A stretch of DNA of 64,000 nt from an uncultured bacterium (lineage in GTDB: Bacteria; Patescibacteriota; Minisyncoccia; Phycocordibacterales; GWA1-40-21): the NCBI GenBank assembly GCA_963840885.1, contig CAWJAN010000001.1:115051-179050 (forward strand), read 5' to 3'. A program made the position numbers and the translations under genes. Position 1 is the first letter of the stretch. Each line of letters starts with the position of its first letter. This document shows, one piece after another, positions 9,776-19,050 of the stretch. Under the pieces are notes generated by a model that was not told the DNA's origin, did no database searches, and saw nothing but the letters and a program-made list of their open reading frames with translations.

Positions 9776-10273
9776 TTAAAATCCGATAATTTCTATCTTG
9801 TCTATTTCCCCGTCGCCGATATGTCTGAAGCTTTCGACAAGTTTTTTAAGCCACTTTCTTTTCTTTTCCACGGCATCTTTGAAAGTAAATATATAGATAT
9901 TATCGAATCCGTTGTAGGCCGACAAGACTTTTATGTCTCCGTTCACGTGGCATATGACCGAGGCTATATCATCCACCGGTATAATCACCTTGGCGTTTAT
10001 GCCTTCCATATCAAGCATATCCTGTATCATTTCCTGGTTTTTTTCGAGCACATCGCGCGCCAGCTGTTTCTGCATGAATGTCTTTGTAATCCTGCCGAGA
10101 GGGCTGAATTTCACCTTCCACCCTTTTTTCCGAAAAGCATTGTTTATCTGCTCTCCTCCGCCAATAAGAATCACGGTAAAATATTTTTTCGATATCTTTT
10201 TTATTTCCGCTATCGCCTTCTTATTTTTCAGTAGCGAGCCTGAAATTTTTATCAGAGCGTTTTGTTTTGCCAT
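9776..10273 (-). CDS. Small amino-acid-kinase-fold hypothetical protein
   Basis: LIKISGSL, ILIGGGEQIN and HVNGD resemble acetylglutamate kinase family motifs, but the protein is only 165 aa. Confidence 0.55.
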   Translation of the reverse strand: MAKQNALIKISGSLLKNKKAIAEIKKISKKYFTVILIGGGEQINNAFRKKGWKVKFSPLGRITKTFMQKQLARDVLEKNQEMIQDMLDMEGINAKVIIPVDDIASVICHVNGDIKVLSAYNGFDNIYIFTFKDAVEKKRKWLKKLVESFRHIGDGEIDKIEIIGF

Positions 10274-10277
10274 TTTG

Positions 10278-10348
10278 CGGGAGATGGAGGAATCGGACCT
10301 CCGACAGCGGTTTTGGAGACCGCAGTTATACCACTTAACTAATCTCCC
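10278..10348 (-). tRNA. tRNA-Trp(CCA)
   Basis: GGGAGAT/ATCTCCC acceptor stem; anticodon arm GCGGT-CTCCAAA-ACCGC; T-loop TCCGATT; downstream of rpmG as commonly seen. Confidence 0.92.
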
Positions 10349-10371
10349 ATCGCGAATAAATATAACACAAA

Positions 10372-10400
10372 TAAAAACCGCCCGAAAGGGCGGTTTTTAT
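10372..10400 (-). terminator. Terminator after rpmG
   Basis: AAAAACCGCCC-GAAA-GGGCGGTTTTT. Confidence 0.8.
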
Positions 10401-10409
10401 TTGTGAATT

Positions 10410-10568
10410 TTATTTCTTCACCTCCTTATGGACGGTATTTTTCTTGCACCATTTGCAAAACTTCTTGAGCTCTATCTTTCGCTCAACGAGTTTTTTATTT
10501 TTTCTTGACCAGTAATTGACTCTTTTGCAATCTTTACAGGCAAGCTTTATGAGTTGTATCTGAGGCAT
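10410..10568 (-). CDS. rpmG: 50S ribosomal protein L33 (zinc-binding form)
   Basis: MPQIQLIKLACKDCKRVNYWSRKNKK...IELKKFCKWCKKNTVHKEVKK; start at ATG 10568. Confidence 0.95.
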   Translation of the reverse strand: MPQIQLIKLACKDCKRVNYWSRKNKKLVERKIELKKFCKWCKKNTVHKEVKK

Positions 10569-10633
10569 AATTGATTTATTTAACGTTTCAGAGTATAGCC
10601 TAAAATAAGGAAGAAAGCAATGTTTTTTAGTCT

Positions 10634-12313
10634 TTATAGGCTCGTGGGCTCCGCTGGCATTACGCCTTTGGCTTTGAAAATTTTGCTTTTCAAAGTCTGC
10701 CACACGTCTGTAATTTCCTTATTTTTAAGAAGCACGAGGACAAAGATTCCGACAGCGATGGCTATTATCCCGGACAAAAATCCCTGCATGAATATTCCGA
10801 ATGTCGTATTCTGGTTGAACGCGTAGGCAAAAAGATTAAGAGCAAAATAGCTCACTACCCCTATCGACAACGAGCTTATGACCACCTGCCAAAATGTCCT
10901 GAGCACCGGCTTTGAAAAATTCTTGAAATCCTTTTCAAATACAAACCATAATGCCACGCTGTTTATTATCTCTCCGACTGTCCAGCCGAGAGGAAGCGCA
11001 AGCACTATTGTCCCTGGAATATCTTTTATTCTGAGCAAAGTTTCCATTATATTTTTAAATGCCGGATTATTCTTGTACATTACGATAAATAAAAATCCCA
11101 AAATTACCGTGGAAGCGGCGTTTGCAAATTTTGCCCAGAAAGGCTTCTTGGTGTTTCCTGCTGCATAATATGCGCGGACAAAAAGCAATGTCAGATTCTG
11201 AAATGCTATGGAAACAACAAAAACAGCTAGCGACGCAGCTGTAAGACGCGTCTGATACCAGTTGAAAAGGCCTGCGCCGAGAATGGTTCTTACTATCTGC
11301 GCGCGCAGGGTTATAAAAAGCACCGCCGCCGGGACAGACCAGAAAATTATATGCTGAGCAGAAAGCACCGCCTGGTCCACAAATTTCTTATTATCCCCGT
11401 CAGCGAAAGATTGTATTAGTATCGGAAATGCCGCAAGAGAATAACTGACGCCGATGATGGAAAGTAAGACGGACTGCAGGTTGTATGAAAGATTGAAAAT
11501 GGATATTGATCCGGCAGCCATTGTGGAAGCGAAGGATATGAGGAATATTGCGGAAATATTATCAGAACCTAGAGTAAGAGTCCTGGGTACAGATACGAAT
11601 AAGACTTTTTTTATCTCAGCGAAATCGAATTTAAAGCTCGGTCTCGGCACAAGGCCGTGTTCCATGATGAACGGAACCTGTATCAAAAGATGCATAAGAG
11701 CTCCGAAAATAACCCCGTATGCAAGGCCTTTTAAGCCGAATATCGGGAAAAACAGGAGTACCCCCATGATTATTCCCACATTGTATAAAATTGGGCTAAG
11801 AGAATATATGATGAATCTCTTGTAAGTCTGGGTAAGAGTGCCAAAAATATTCGAAAGCCCCAAAAGTATCGGAGAAAGAAGCAGGATTCTTGTCATCATT
11901 ATGACTTTGTCTATATCTTCATGGCTGAAGCCGTTGAAAAGCAGCTGGCTTATCGATGGCACCAGAAAAAAAGCGATGATGCTTACGGCGATTATGAGAA
12001 GGAAAAAGAATGTAAATATGTTTCCTATGAATCGCTTCCCTTCTTCCGGCCCGTCTTTCATCTTGTGCATCAGAAACGGAATAAGGACGGAAACGGAAAC
12101 CATGGAACCGACAGTTATGAAAATAAAATCCGGAATCCTGAAAGACGCGTAATAGATATCGAGCGTCTGTCCTGCGCCGAAATATGCCGCAAGCAGCCTG
12201 TCTCTTACCAAGGCTAGAATCTGGGAAGCAATGGCAAAAAAAGCCAAAAGATAAGCTGCCTGATGCAAACCGCCGACCTCCTTGTTTATAGCGCTGAAAA
12301 ATTTCTTGACCAT
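10634..12313 (-). CDS. murJ: Lipid II flippase MurJ
   Basis: Motifs LALVRDRLLAAYFGAG and DIYYASFRIPD; about 14 TM helices. Confidence 0.92.
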   Translation of the reverse strand: MVKKFFSAINKEVGGLHQAAYLLAFFAIASQILALVRDRLLAAYFGAGQTLDIYYASFRIPDFIFITVGSMVSVSVLIPFLMHKMKDGPEEGKRFIGNIFTFFFLLIIAVSIIAFFLVPSISQLLFNGFSHEDIDKVIMMTRILLLSPILLGLSNIFGTLTQTYKRFIIYSLSPILYNVGIIMGVLLFFPIFGLKGLAYGVIFGALMHLLIQVPFIMEHGLVPRPSFKFDFAEIKKVLFVSVPRTLTLGSDNISAIFLISFASTMAAGSISIFNLSYNLQSVLLSIIGVSYSLAAFPILIQSFADGDNKKFVDQAVLSAQHIIFWSVPAAVLFITLRAQIVRTILGAGLFNWYQTRLTAASLAVFVVSIAFQNLTLLFVRAYYAAGNTKKPFWAKFANAASTVILGFLFIVMYKNNPAFKNIMETLLRIKDIPGTIVLALPLGWTVGEIINSVALWFVFEKDFKNFSKPVLRTFWQVVISSLSIGVVSYFALNLFAYAFNQNTTFGIFMQGFLSGIIAIAVGIFVLVLLKNKEITDVWQTLKSKIFKAKGVMPAEPTSL

Positions 12314-12408
12314 TTTTTAAAAATATTCAGAGCTTAGTATACTAAATTAAACTTATAAGACAAATGAAAAGGGCCCGCTTTAGGCGGACCCTATTCATGA
12401 ACCTTTAT

Positions 12409-12730
12409 ATCTGTAAGCCGAATTCTGTTTGCCGGTTGCCCGGCAAGATAGCCATCTATCTAGGCCAAAAATTGCTTTTTAGCTCGAGCGGCGCTTCCGC
12501 ATAAAGCGGACACGGCCTTGCACAAAGGTAAGGATTTAGCCGTTGCACTTTCACCTTTCGGTGAAATTATTCCCGAAGGAACCCTAGCCTTTCGGCATCG
12601 GCGTCACTGTTCGCACCTCGTGGATTGCTCCAGACGGGCGTTACCCGCTACCCTGCTCCGAGCCTTGCGGCCCGGTTGTGTTCGGACTTTCCTCCCCGGG
12701 AAAATCCCGGAGCAGCTATCCGATACAGAG
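12409..12730 (-). ncRNA. rnpB: RNase P RNA
   Basis: Minus strand carries the P4 signatures GAGGAAAGTCCGAACAC and ACAGAATTCGGCTTACAG; P1 pairing TCTGTA/TACAGA; terminator-like hairpin downstream at 12370-12392. Confidence 0.96.
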
Positions 12731-12813
12731 GCGCTAAAAATTATACAATGATCATTTAATATATGCAAATATAAAACCGCCGCGGCAGAAGCCGCGGCGG
12801 TTTTATATTGATT

Positions 12814-13056
12814 TTATCTCAAGCCAAGCGTGGAAAGTATGAAGTTTATTATACCTTTTGCGCTAAGCATGATGAATAGGCCGACGATGCCCCAGATCAT
12901 ATGGCTTATGCCTTCCTGCCTTTTGCTTTCATTATCTGCATTCTTTATGAACATGACCACTCCCCACATGAAATACAATATTGCCAAGGCGAATACAAGG
13001 TATTCGGCCGGCGTGAGTATATTGTTGACTATGTTCGTAAAAAGTTTGTCAAACAT
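12814..13056 (-). CDS. TrbC/VirB2-like pilin
   Basis: Two hydrophobic helices with YFMWGVVMFI...SKRQEGISHMIWGIVGLFIM. Confidence 0.72.
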   Translation of the reverse strand: MFDKLFTNIVNNILTPAEYLVFALAILYFMWGVVMFIKNADNESKRQEGISHMIWGIVGLFIMLSAKGIINFILSTLGLR

Positions 13057-13081
13057 CTGGTTTGTCTCGTTTGTTTAAAAC

Positions 13082-13426
13082 TTAAGGGAGAGTTGGCAAA
13101 GTTACGGAAGAATTGCCGGTGCCAAACGTATTTACGAGTATTGCTACAAGTCCCCAGACAGAAACCATGACGAAGATTCCCACGATACCCCAGATCATCT
13201 GACCTTTGGCTTTCGACTTCTTTTCATCGCTGTCGGCAATGACAAATACGAAAACTTGCCATATGAAATAAACGACGGCAACCGCAATAAGAACAGGAAG
13301 AATAAGGTTTGCCAGCTGGTGGACATAATTGATGAGTCCGACTACTCCCTGGGTAGGCGTATATTGCGCAAGAGCCACTAAAGGCAAGAAGCTCGATACG
13401 GCCACTGCTGATATCTTTTTTAACAT
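13082..13426 (-). CDS. TrbC/VirB2-like pilin
   Basis: Signal peptide ending ALAQ; KKSKAKGQMIWGIVGIFVMVSVWGLV. Confidence 0.78.
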   Translation of the reverse strand: MLKKISAVAVSSFLPLVALAQYTPTQGVVGLINYVHQLANLILPVLIAVAVVYFIWQVFVFVIADSDEKKSKAKGQMIWGIVGIFVMVSVWGLVAILVNTFGTGNSSVTLPTLP

Positions 13427-13537
13427 AAACTGATTGTTTTTAAATAAACTATTAAATTTTAAAGCGACCAAAATTACGACTTTACATAATTATAAACTGA
13501 CTTATATAAGAGGGCAAGTCTCGTTATCTACACAAAA

Positions 13538-13945
13538 CTAAGGGGTTGGGACATTAACAGGCCTTATCTGTATCTGGGTATCATTGAGCCTGAAAGTATA
13601 TTGGAGAATATTCACGAGCCCCCATACGGAAACCATGACGAAAAGGCCTATGATTCCGTAGATTATGAAATCCTTGGCTTTCTTTTTATTGTCACCTTCG
13701 GCTCTTATGAAAGTGAAAACTCCCCAAAGAAAAGCCAGCACCGCTACAGCCATAAGAACTGGAACAAGAGGATTTATTATGCATCCTATAAACATATTCA
13801 TTACAAGTTCCTTGAAATTTCTCGGGGCCAAGCTGCAGGTAAAACCAGTGAGCGACAAATTGCTCTGGGCATATGAAGAGCCGTAAAACATTCCGAATAC
13901 GAGTGGAGAAACGGATATTGCAAAAATTTTAGCTCTTTTTTTCAT
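13538..13945 (-). CDS. TrbC/VirB2-like pilin
   Basis: Signal peptide ending SYAQ; KKKAKDFIIYGIIGLFVMVSVWGLV. Confidence 0.78.
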   Translation of the reverse strand: MKKRAKIFAISVSPLVFGMFYGSSYAQSNLSLTGFTCSLAPRNFKELVMNMFIGCIINPLVPVLMAVAVLAFLWGVFTFIRAEGDNKKKAKDFIIYGIIGLFVMVSVWGLVNILQYTFRLNDTQIQIRPVNVPTP

Positions 13946-13950
13946 AAAAA

Positions 13951-14292
13951 TTATTGTCCAACTGACTTAATGGTTCCAACAACAAGTGACGCCAGAAGCT
14001 GTGCTCCGAGAAGTATTGCAACGCCTATTACTGTATAAAAGAAGAGTTCTTTTGCTTTCTGAATTTCAGCCGGTTTACCCTGTGCGCGTACGAATACAAA
14101 GCCAGACCAAATAAAGGCAACAATCGCTACAACTACTCCTACTCTTGTAATATAAGTAAGGACTATAGAGACAAGATTTGGAACATTTGTAGTACCTAAA
14201 GGATTTACTATCTGAGCGAAAGAAACAAATGGCATAGCAAGCTGAACAAGAGTTAGACCGCCTATTTTTTTAAACTGTAATATTTTTTTCAT
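13951..14292 (-). CDS. TrbC/VirB2-like pilin
   Basis: SFAQIVNPLG; FIWSGFVFVRAQGKPAEIQKAKELFFYTVIG; start at ATG 14292. Confidence 0.78.
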   Translation of the reverse strand: MKKILQFKKIGGLTLVQLAMPFVSFAQIVNPLGTTNVPNLVSIVLTYITRVGVVVAIVAFIWSGFVFVRAQGKPAEIQKAKELFFYTVIGVAILLGAQLLASLVVGTIKSVGQ

Positions 14293-14312
14293 ATTTTTAT
14301 TTTTAATAAATT

Positions 14313-14702
14313 TTATTGACCGCCCAAGAATCTGAGCGCCGAGCCGGCATTCGGAACTATCCACTTGATAACCGTATAAACCGCAAGCCAAGAACAAAGG
14401 ACTATAATCATTCCTATAATGGTATTTTTGAACATATTTTTGGCTGCAGTTCTTTCTCCAGGGTTATTAGGATGCAAAAGCATTTTTCCTCCGGCTATTG
14501 CAAATGTAACAGCCGCAACTGAAATTGAAATGCCTAAAAAATATTTTAAGATATTATTTATCAGCTGTATGAAACTGTTGAAATTGCAATCCTGACCATT
14601 ACAAGGAATCACTCCTCCGCTTGATTGCGCGTAAGCCAAAAGCGGCAGAAAAACAAGCGAAGATACGGAGAATGCCAGGATTTTAGAAATATTTCTTTTC
14701 AT
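14313..14702 (-). CDS. TrbC/VirB2-like pilin with N-terminal Cys pair
   Basis: AYAQ, VIPCNGQDCNF, and AGGKMLL...ERTAAKNMFKNTIIGMIIVLCSW. Confidence 0.78.
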   Translation of the reverse strand: MKRNISKILAFSVSSLVFLPLLAYAQSSGGVIPCNGQDCNFNSFIQLINNILKYFLGISISVAAVTFAIAGGKMLLHPNNPGERTAAKNMFKNTIIGMIIVLCSWLAVYTVIKWIVPNAGSALRFLGGQ

Positions 14703-14710
14703 TTGAATGA

Positions 14711-16003
14711 TTATAACAAATTATCCAGTTCTCCGCTTGCATTCTGAACGGAACTATCTACATCAAGACGTCCACTCGTTATATTTTGAATCATTTCCTT
14801 GAATATCTGGTCTGTCTTTGTCATATCCGGGTCAAGCCATCCTTCTGATATAAGAGCTGAGTTGAAAAATACGGTTTTTGCTGGATCTTTGGAACCTTGG
14901 GATATAAGATCCCTTCTTGCCGGGGCAAAATCGGAAACATTGGAAAATTCAGCTTCAGCCTGCGCGCTTGTAAGTGTCGAGATCAGCTGGAATGCAGGAA
15001 CTATATTAGGCGAATTCTTGACCAGAGAGAATCCGTAAAGCTCGCCGAATGTCAGCTTGTTTTTTGTACCGACAACCTGAGGAATCATGGAAACGTCAAA
15101 ATTCAAATTCGGATTCTTGTTCTTTATATCGCCGTATTCCGAAGCAAAGCCGAAATAAACCGCCAAGTTTTCGGCAAGGAAAGACTGCTTTGATGAAGGC
15201 AGGGATATATTCCATGAATAAACAGTTTTCTGGGGATTGGCATAATCCGTATAAAAAGTCATTGCCGAAACTGCAGGCACCGATACGTCCGTCAAAGACC
15301 TGGAATAAAGATCGGACTTAAGTGAGCCATTGTCATTTGCAACTATCTGACTTCCCGCCTGAAGTATGAGGTTGCTGACGATGGCTTTTGCATTATCTAT
15401 ATTGCCGTATTCGCCGAGAGCAACCGCGCTCTGCGTTATATTTCCGCTCTGATCAAGCTTTGTGAGCTTATCGGCAAGCGATGGAAATTCAGCCCATGTT
15501 GCCGGAGGCGTAGCGATGGCCGCACTTCCAAATAGATCTTTGTTCCAATACATCACGAGCGGATCGACAGCAAAAGGAAGAGCGAATGTTCCGCTTGCCT
15601 GAAGATAAAGGTCTGATTCAGGAACAAATGTATCCTGTATTGTGCGCACCGGAATGGACGTCATCAGATACACTTTATCCAGGTATCTTTCTTCAAGATC
15701 TTGCGGCACAAGTATGACATCAGGCTCCTTGCCAGTAGCTATGGCTTCAACCAAATCCCCGTCTATGGTATCAATGCTTTTCTGCGTATATTGTAGCCTG
15801 AGCGATGCATTGTAATCCTGATCGTATTGCTGGATAAAACTGTTGAATGTCGTGCTGTCTATAGTTCCCCAAATAGTTACTTCGACATTGGAATTTGTCG
15901 TGCTTGAGGATTTGTAAGTGGCAAAAACTACAAGCCCGACCACTATCAGAAGCCCGAATACGGCCAGCAATATCAATTTGAATTTATTATCTTCTTTTGG
16001 CAT
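14711..16003 (-). CDS. Membrane-anchored extracellular solute-binding protein (family 1)
   Basis: N-terminal TM anchor; motifs VTIWG, PDVILV and ALPFAVDPLVMYWNKDLF. Confidence 0.85.
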   Translation of the reverse strand: MPKEDNKFKLILLAVFGLLIVVGLVVFATYKSSSTTNSNVEVTIWGTIDSTTFNSFIQQYDQDYNASLRLQYTQKSIDTIDGDLVEAIATGKEPDVILVPQDLEERYLDKVYLMTSIPVRTIQDTFVPESDLYLQASGTFALPFAVDPLVMYWNKDLFGSAAIATPPATWAEFPSLADKLTKLDQSGNITQSAVALGEYGNIDNAKAIVSNLILQAGSQIVANDNGSLKSDLYSRSLTDVSVPAVSAMTFYTDYANPQKTVYSWNISLPSSKQSFLAENLAVYFGFASEYGDIKNKNPNLNFDVSMIPQVVGTKNKLTFGELYGFSLVKNSPNIVPAFQLISTLTSAQAEAEFSNVSDFAPARRDLISQGSKDPAKTVFFNSALISEGWLDPDMTKTDQIFKEMIQNITSGRLDVDSSVQNASGELDNLL

Positions 16004-16024
16004 ATTTTATTAAAATTATTTTTC

Positions 16025-16552
16025 TTATTTTTTTCTGAATACCAATCCATAATGATGGGTGCCGGCATTTATGTCCCGCTCGTATTCGAAGCCGTGCTTT
16101 TCAAAAAGTTCCTTGGCTTTTTGTCCGCTGAAAACAGCTTGTGGCTCTGGTCCCATTCCTCCGAAAGATTCCGACCAGTCTATAACAAGAACCCTTCCGC
16201 CGCGCTTCAATATCCTCTTTATTTCCATGGCTGCATAGTCTTTCTGCTCAAGCTGAAAAAATATATTCGAGGCAATTATGGCATCGAGATATCCTTCCCT
16301 TAATTTTGTTCCGCCAAGATTATCCAAGTCGGTCCATATATTTTCAATATTCAGCAGATGCATTTCTTGGATATGCTTTTTAAGCTTATCAAGCAAGTCT
16401 TTCTGGACATCTATAGCATAAACCTTGCCTGATTCCCCTACGGCTTTGGACAATGCAAGAGCATAGCTGCCTGAACCTGTTCCGAAATCGGCAACCAGGC
16501 TTCCTTTCCCTATATTGAATTGTTCGATATTTTTTTCTGGATCGGAAAACAT
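16025..16552 (-). CDS. Class I SAM-dependent methyltransferase
   Basis: Motifs VADFGTGSG, VYAIDV and RILKRGGRVLVIDW. Confidence 0.85.
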   Translation of the reverse strand: MFSDPEKNIEQFNIGKGSLVADFGTGSGSYALALSKAVGESGKVYAIDVQKDLLDKLKKHIQEMHLLNIENIWTDLDNLGGTKLREGYLDAIIASNIFFQLEQKDYAAMEIKRILKRGGRVLVIDWSESFGGMGPEPQAVFSGQKAKELFEKHGFEYERDINAGTHHYGLVFRKK

Positions 16553-16639
16553 ACGATTATCGAATAATTATAGCTTTATTGGCAAAAGAAGTCCATGAAT
16601 CGGCTATTATAAAACCGCATAATACGCGGTTTTATAAAG

Positions 16640-18109
16640 CTATTTTTTATTTTTCCACTTCTCTATCTCTTTGACTTCTTTTCTGATATATAGTTCTGCG
16701 TCTTCTAAATCATTCTTGAGCTCATTGTTGATTTCTTCTTCCTCCTCGGTCAGCTCTCTTCTGTTTTTGACTTTTTCCAGCTTTCTGATCTGCTCCACTA
16801 CACTTTCTTTAAGCAGATCAAAAGCCTTATGAATCGCATCCTCCGCTTCATCGACTTTTTTGTCTATCAGGAAGAATCTGCGCCATGCATACCATAGCAA
16901 AAGTATCAGAAGTATAATCAAGGAAAGAAGAGGAATGAATATGTCCAAGAAGCTTATGGCCCAGTTTCCTATTATGATTATAGCTGGAGGCCTGACGCTT
17001 ATGCTTATTTCCTTGCTTGACGAGCTTACCGCGCCGCGGCTATCGGTTATCTCTGCCCATATCGTATATGTGCCGTCTTTTAATCCTTCAGTCGATACTA
17101 CCGTGAAATTGCCGCTTGAATCTACACTCGAAATATATTTCCTGATATATCCGCTTGAGTCTTTCAGATAAAGATCCGCTTCGGAATTAAAATATTTCGT
17201 TGTTCCGGACACCGACAAGATGTCGTCTGTTTTTAGGTTTATAGGATAATTGGTTATTATAGGGGCTTCAAGCGATTGCACGAAGAACTGTGCGGAATTT
17301 ATCAGGATATTTCCAAGCTTGCTTACAGCTTTTACCAAAAGAGTATGATTGCCGGCTTCTTGTATCGGAGTCTTATAAATATGGCTGCCGTCGTCATTCC
17401 AGATTTCACTGCTATTATTGTCTATCTGGATTTCGTAATGATCTACGGAATAAGTGCTGTCGGATACGGAAAGCTTGAAGCTTGCCACTGGATCCGTAAG
17501 ATCAGTTCTTTTTATTTCAGTTATATTTAAAACGGCTTGCCCCGTAGACGGAGTAGGCGTCGGCTGATTTTTTACATCCAAAATTGTATATGATGCCTGG
17601 CCGGTGCCCGTAGTTATATCGGTGCCGGAACCGTCGGCTGCAAGGACCGATCCTGAGGTAAAAGACAAGTTTGCCGTCCCGGGTGCCAAAGCCTTAAACG
17701 TAATCGATATTATATTTCCCGAGGAACCTTGGTACCATGGCGGCAAAACTACGCCTTCAAAACTTATTGTGCCTTCAATATTAGAAGAAGCCGGTTCTTG
17801 CGCCCAAAAACCGAATATTGAGCTGCTTTTTGAAATAGAAGAAACTGAAATCAGGTTTGCAGGAAAAGAAATGATTCCTGAAGCGGCATTCATGACTTTG
17901 TCAGCGCTCGAAACCAATACATTTACGGTAAAATAAGAGCCTTTGGTATATGTGCCTGAATTCGGAGACAGCAAGAGCGTAGCCGCCGAAGCTTTAAAGG
18001 CATTTGGAATAAAAAAGGCCGTGATAATGGATAGCAGAAAAAATGTTTTAATAAAAATATCATTAAAACGGCTACAGGAATTTTTTATGTTTGGCTTAAA
18101 CGTTCCCAT
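16640..18109 (-). CDS. Cohesin-domain surface protein with Ig-like domains and C-terminal TM plus coiled coil
   Basis: NAASGIISFP...SIFGFWAQEP...ITFKA...SVLAADGSGT cohesin-like pattern; TM FIPLLSLIILLILLLWY. Confidence 0.75.
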   Translation of the reverse strand: MGTFKPNIKNSCSRFNDIFIKTFFLLSIITAFFIPNAFKASAATLLLSPNSGTYTKGSYFTVNVLVSSADKVMNAASGIISFPANLISVSSISKSSSIFGFWAQEPASSNIEGTISFEGVVLPPWYQGSSGNIISITFKALAPGTANLSFTSGSVLAADGSGTDITTGTGQASYTILDVKNQPTPTPSTGQAVLNITEIKRTDLTDPVASFKLSVSDSTYSVDHYEIQIDNNSSEIWNDDGSHIYKTPIQEAGNHTLLVKAVSKLGNILINSAQFFVQSLEAPIITNYPINLKTDDILSVSGTTKYFNSEADLYLKDSSGYIRKYISSVDSSGNFTVVSTEGLKDGTYTIWAEITDSRGAVSSSSKEISISVRPPAIIIIGNWAISFLDIFIPLLSLIILLILLLWYAWRRFFLIDKKVDEAEDAIHKAFDLLKESVVEQIRKLEKVKNRRELTEEEEEINNELKNDLEDAELYIRKEVKEIEKWKNKK

Positions 18110-18993
18110 TATTTTTTATTCTTCCTTCTTTGAAATATGAAATATGCGCAAGCAACTGAAATTACCATTATAATTATAAACCAGACTTCTATATTTTCAT
18201 ACCAAGGCAACGGATTTTGTGGGGATAATTTTTCAATCCTGGTATTTCCTTTCTTATCGATGGCTTTAACGTAAATATAGCTCCTTAAATCCTGATCGGC
18301 CAATACGTACGGGCTTGTTGCAGGAACCCATTTTGAAAAATCAAATATAAAGTACCTGGATTCCTTTACCTCATATCCTGCTATACCAGAACCTTTGTCT
18401 TCGGCCGCAAAAGATAAAAACCATTTGCCGTCAAAAATATTCGGATCACGTGATATCTCCGGCTTGAAAGCTTCCGGGGGCTCGTTATCGGCAATATTAA
18501 GAGATGGTGAGCTTGTAGGAATGACGGAACTTGAAATATTCAAATTCAGGTCGGATGTCTTTATTTTATCCGCAGTACCGTTGCCATCATTCAGCAAAGC
18601 GCTTGCATTTGTAATTTTTATCGGAGCGCTTCCCTCTTTCTTCGTTTTAAATATAAGAGACAGTACAAAACCTTTATCCAAAATGAATCCGCCTGGAGTT
18701 ATCCCGGAGAAAACTATTTCTCCGTTAAGGAGTGCCGGCTGGTCCACCCAGAAATTTACAACGGAATTACCTATTCTTATTTCTGACAGATCCAATAAGT
18801 TCGCAGGAAAATATATCTTTCCGCTTACTGCATTTATATTCTCCTTTTCCGTATTTATGTTCAGATCAACCTCAAATTCCTGCCCTATAGATAAGCTTTT
18901 GCTTGCGGTATCAAAAGAAAATTCAGAACCGAATGCCGATTTCGGGCAAAAAATCACTAAAAATAATAAGGTTATATAAAATTTATTTTTCAT
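18109..18993 (-). CDS. Cohesin-domain surface protein with C-terminal TM anchor
   Basis: INAVSGKIYFP...NFWVDQP...LIFKTK...ALLNDGNGT; DKGSGIAGYEV Ig/FN3-like domain. Confidence 0.75.
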   Translation of the reverse strand: MKNKFYITLLFLVIFCPKSAFGSEFSFDTASKSLSIGQEFEVDLNINTEKENINAVSGKIYFPANLLDLSEIRIGNSVVNFWVDQPALLNGEIVFSGITPGGFILDKGFVLSLIFKTKKEGSAPIKITNASALLNDGNGTADKIKTSDLNLNISSSVIPTSSPSLNIADNEPPEAFKPEISRDPNIFDGKWFLSFAAEDKGSGIAGYEVKESRYFIFDFSKWVPATSPYVLADQDLRSYIYVKAIDKKGNTRIEKLSPQNPLPWYENIEVWFIIIMVISVACAYFIFQRRKNKK

Positions 18994-19050
18994 CTTGTGA
19001 TAATTGTTTTCATTTTAATTTTATGGTTCTCCTGGATTTTTAGATTTGCC

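Noticed and set aside
12518-12751. 77-aa ORF, and the similar ORFs at 7337-7564 and 55068-55319
   Set aside because: They overlap RNase P RNA or tRNA genes and are spurious.
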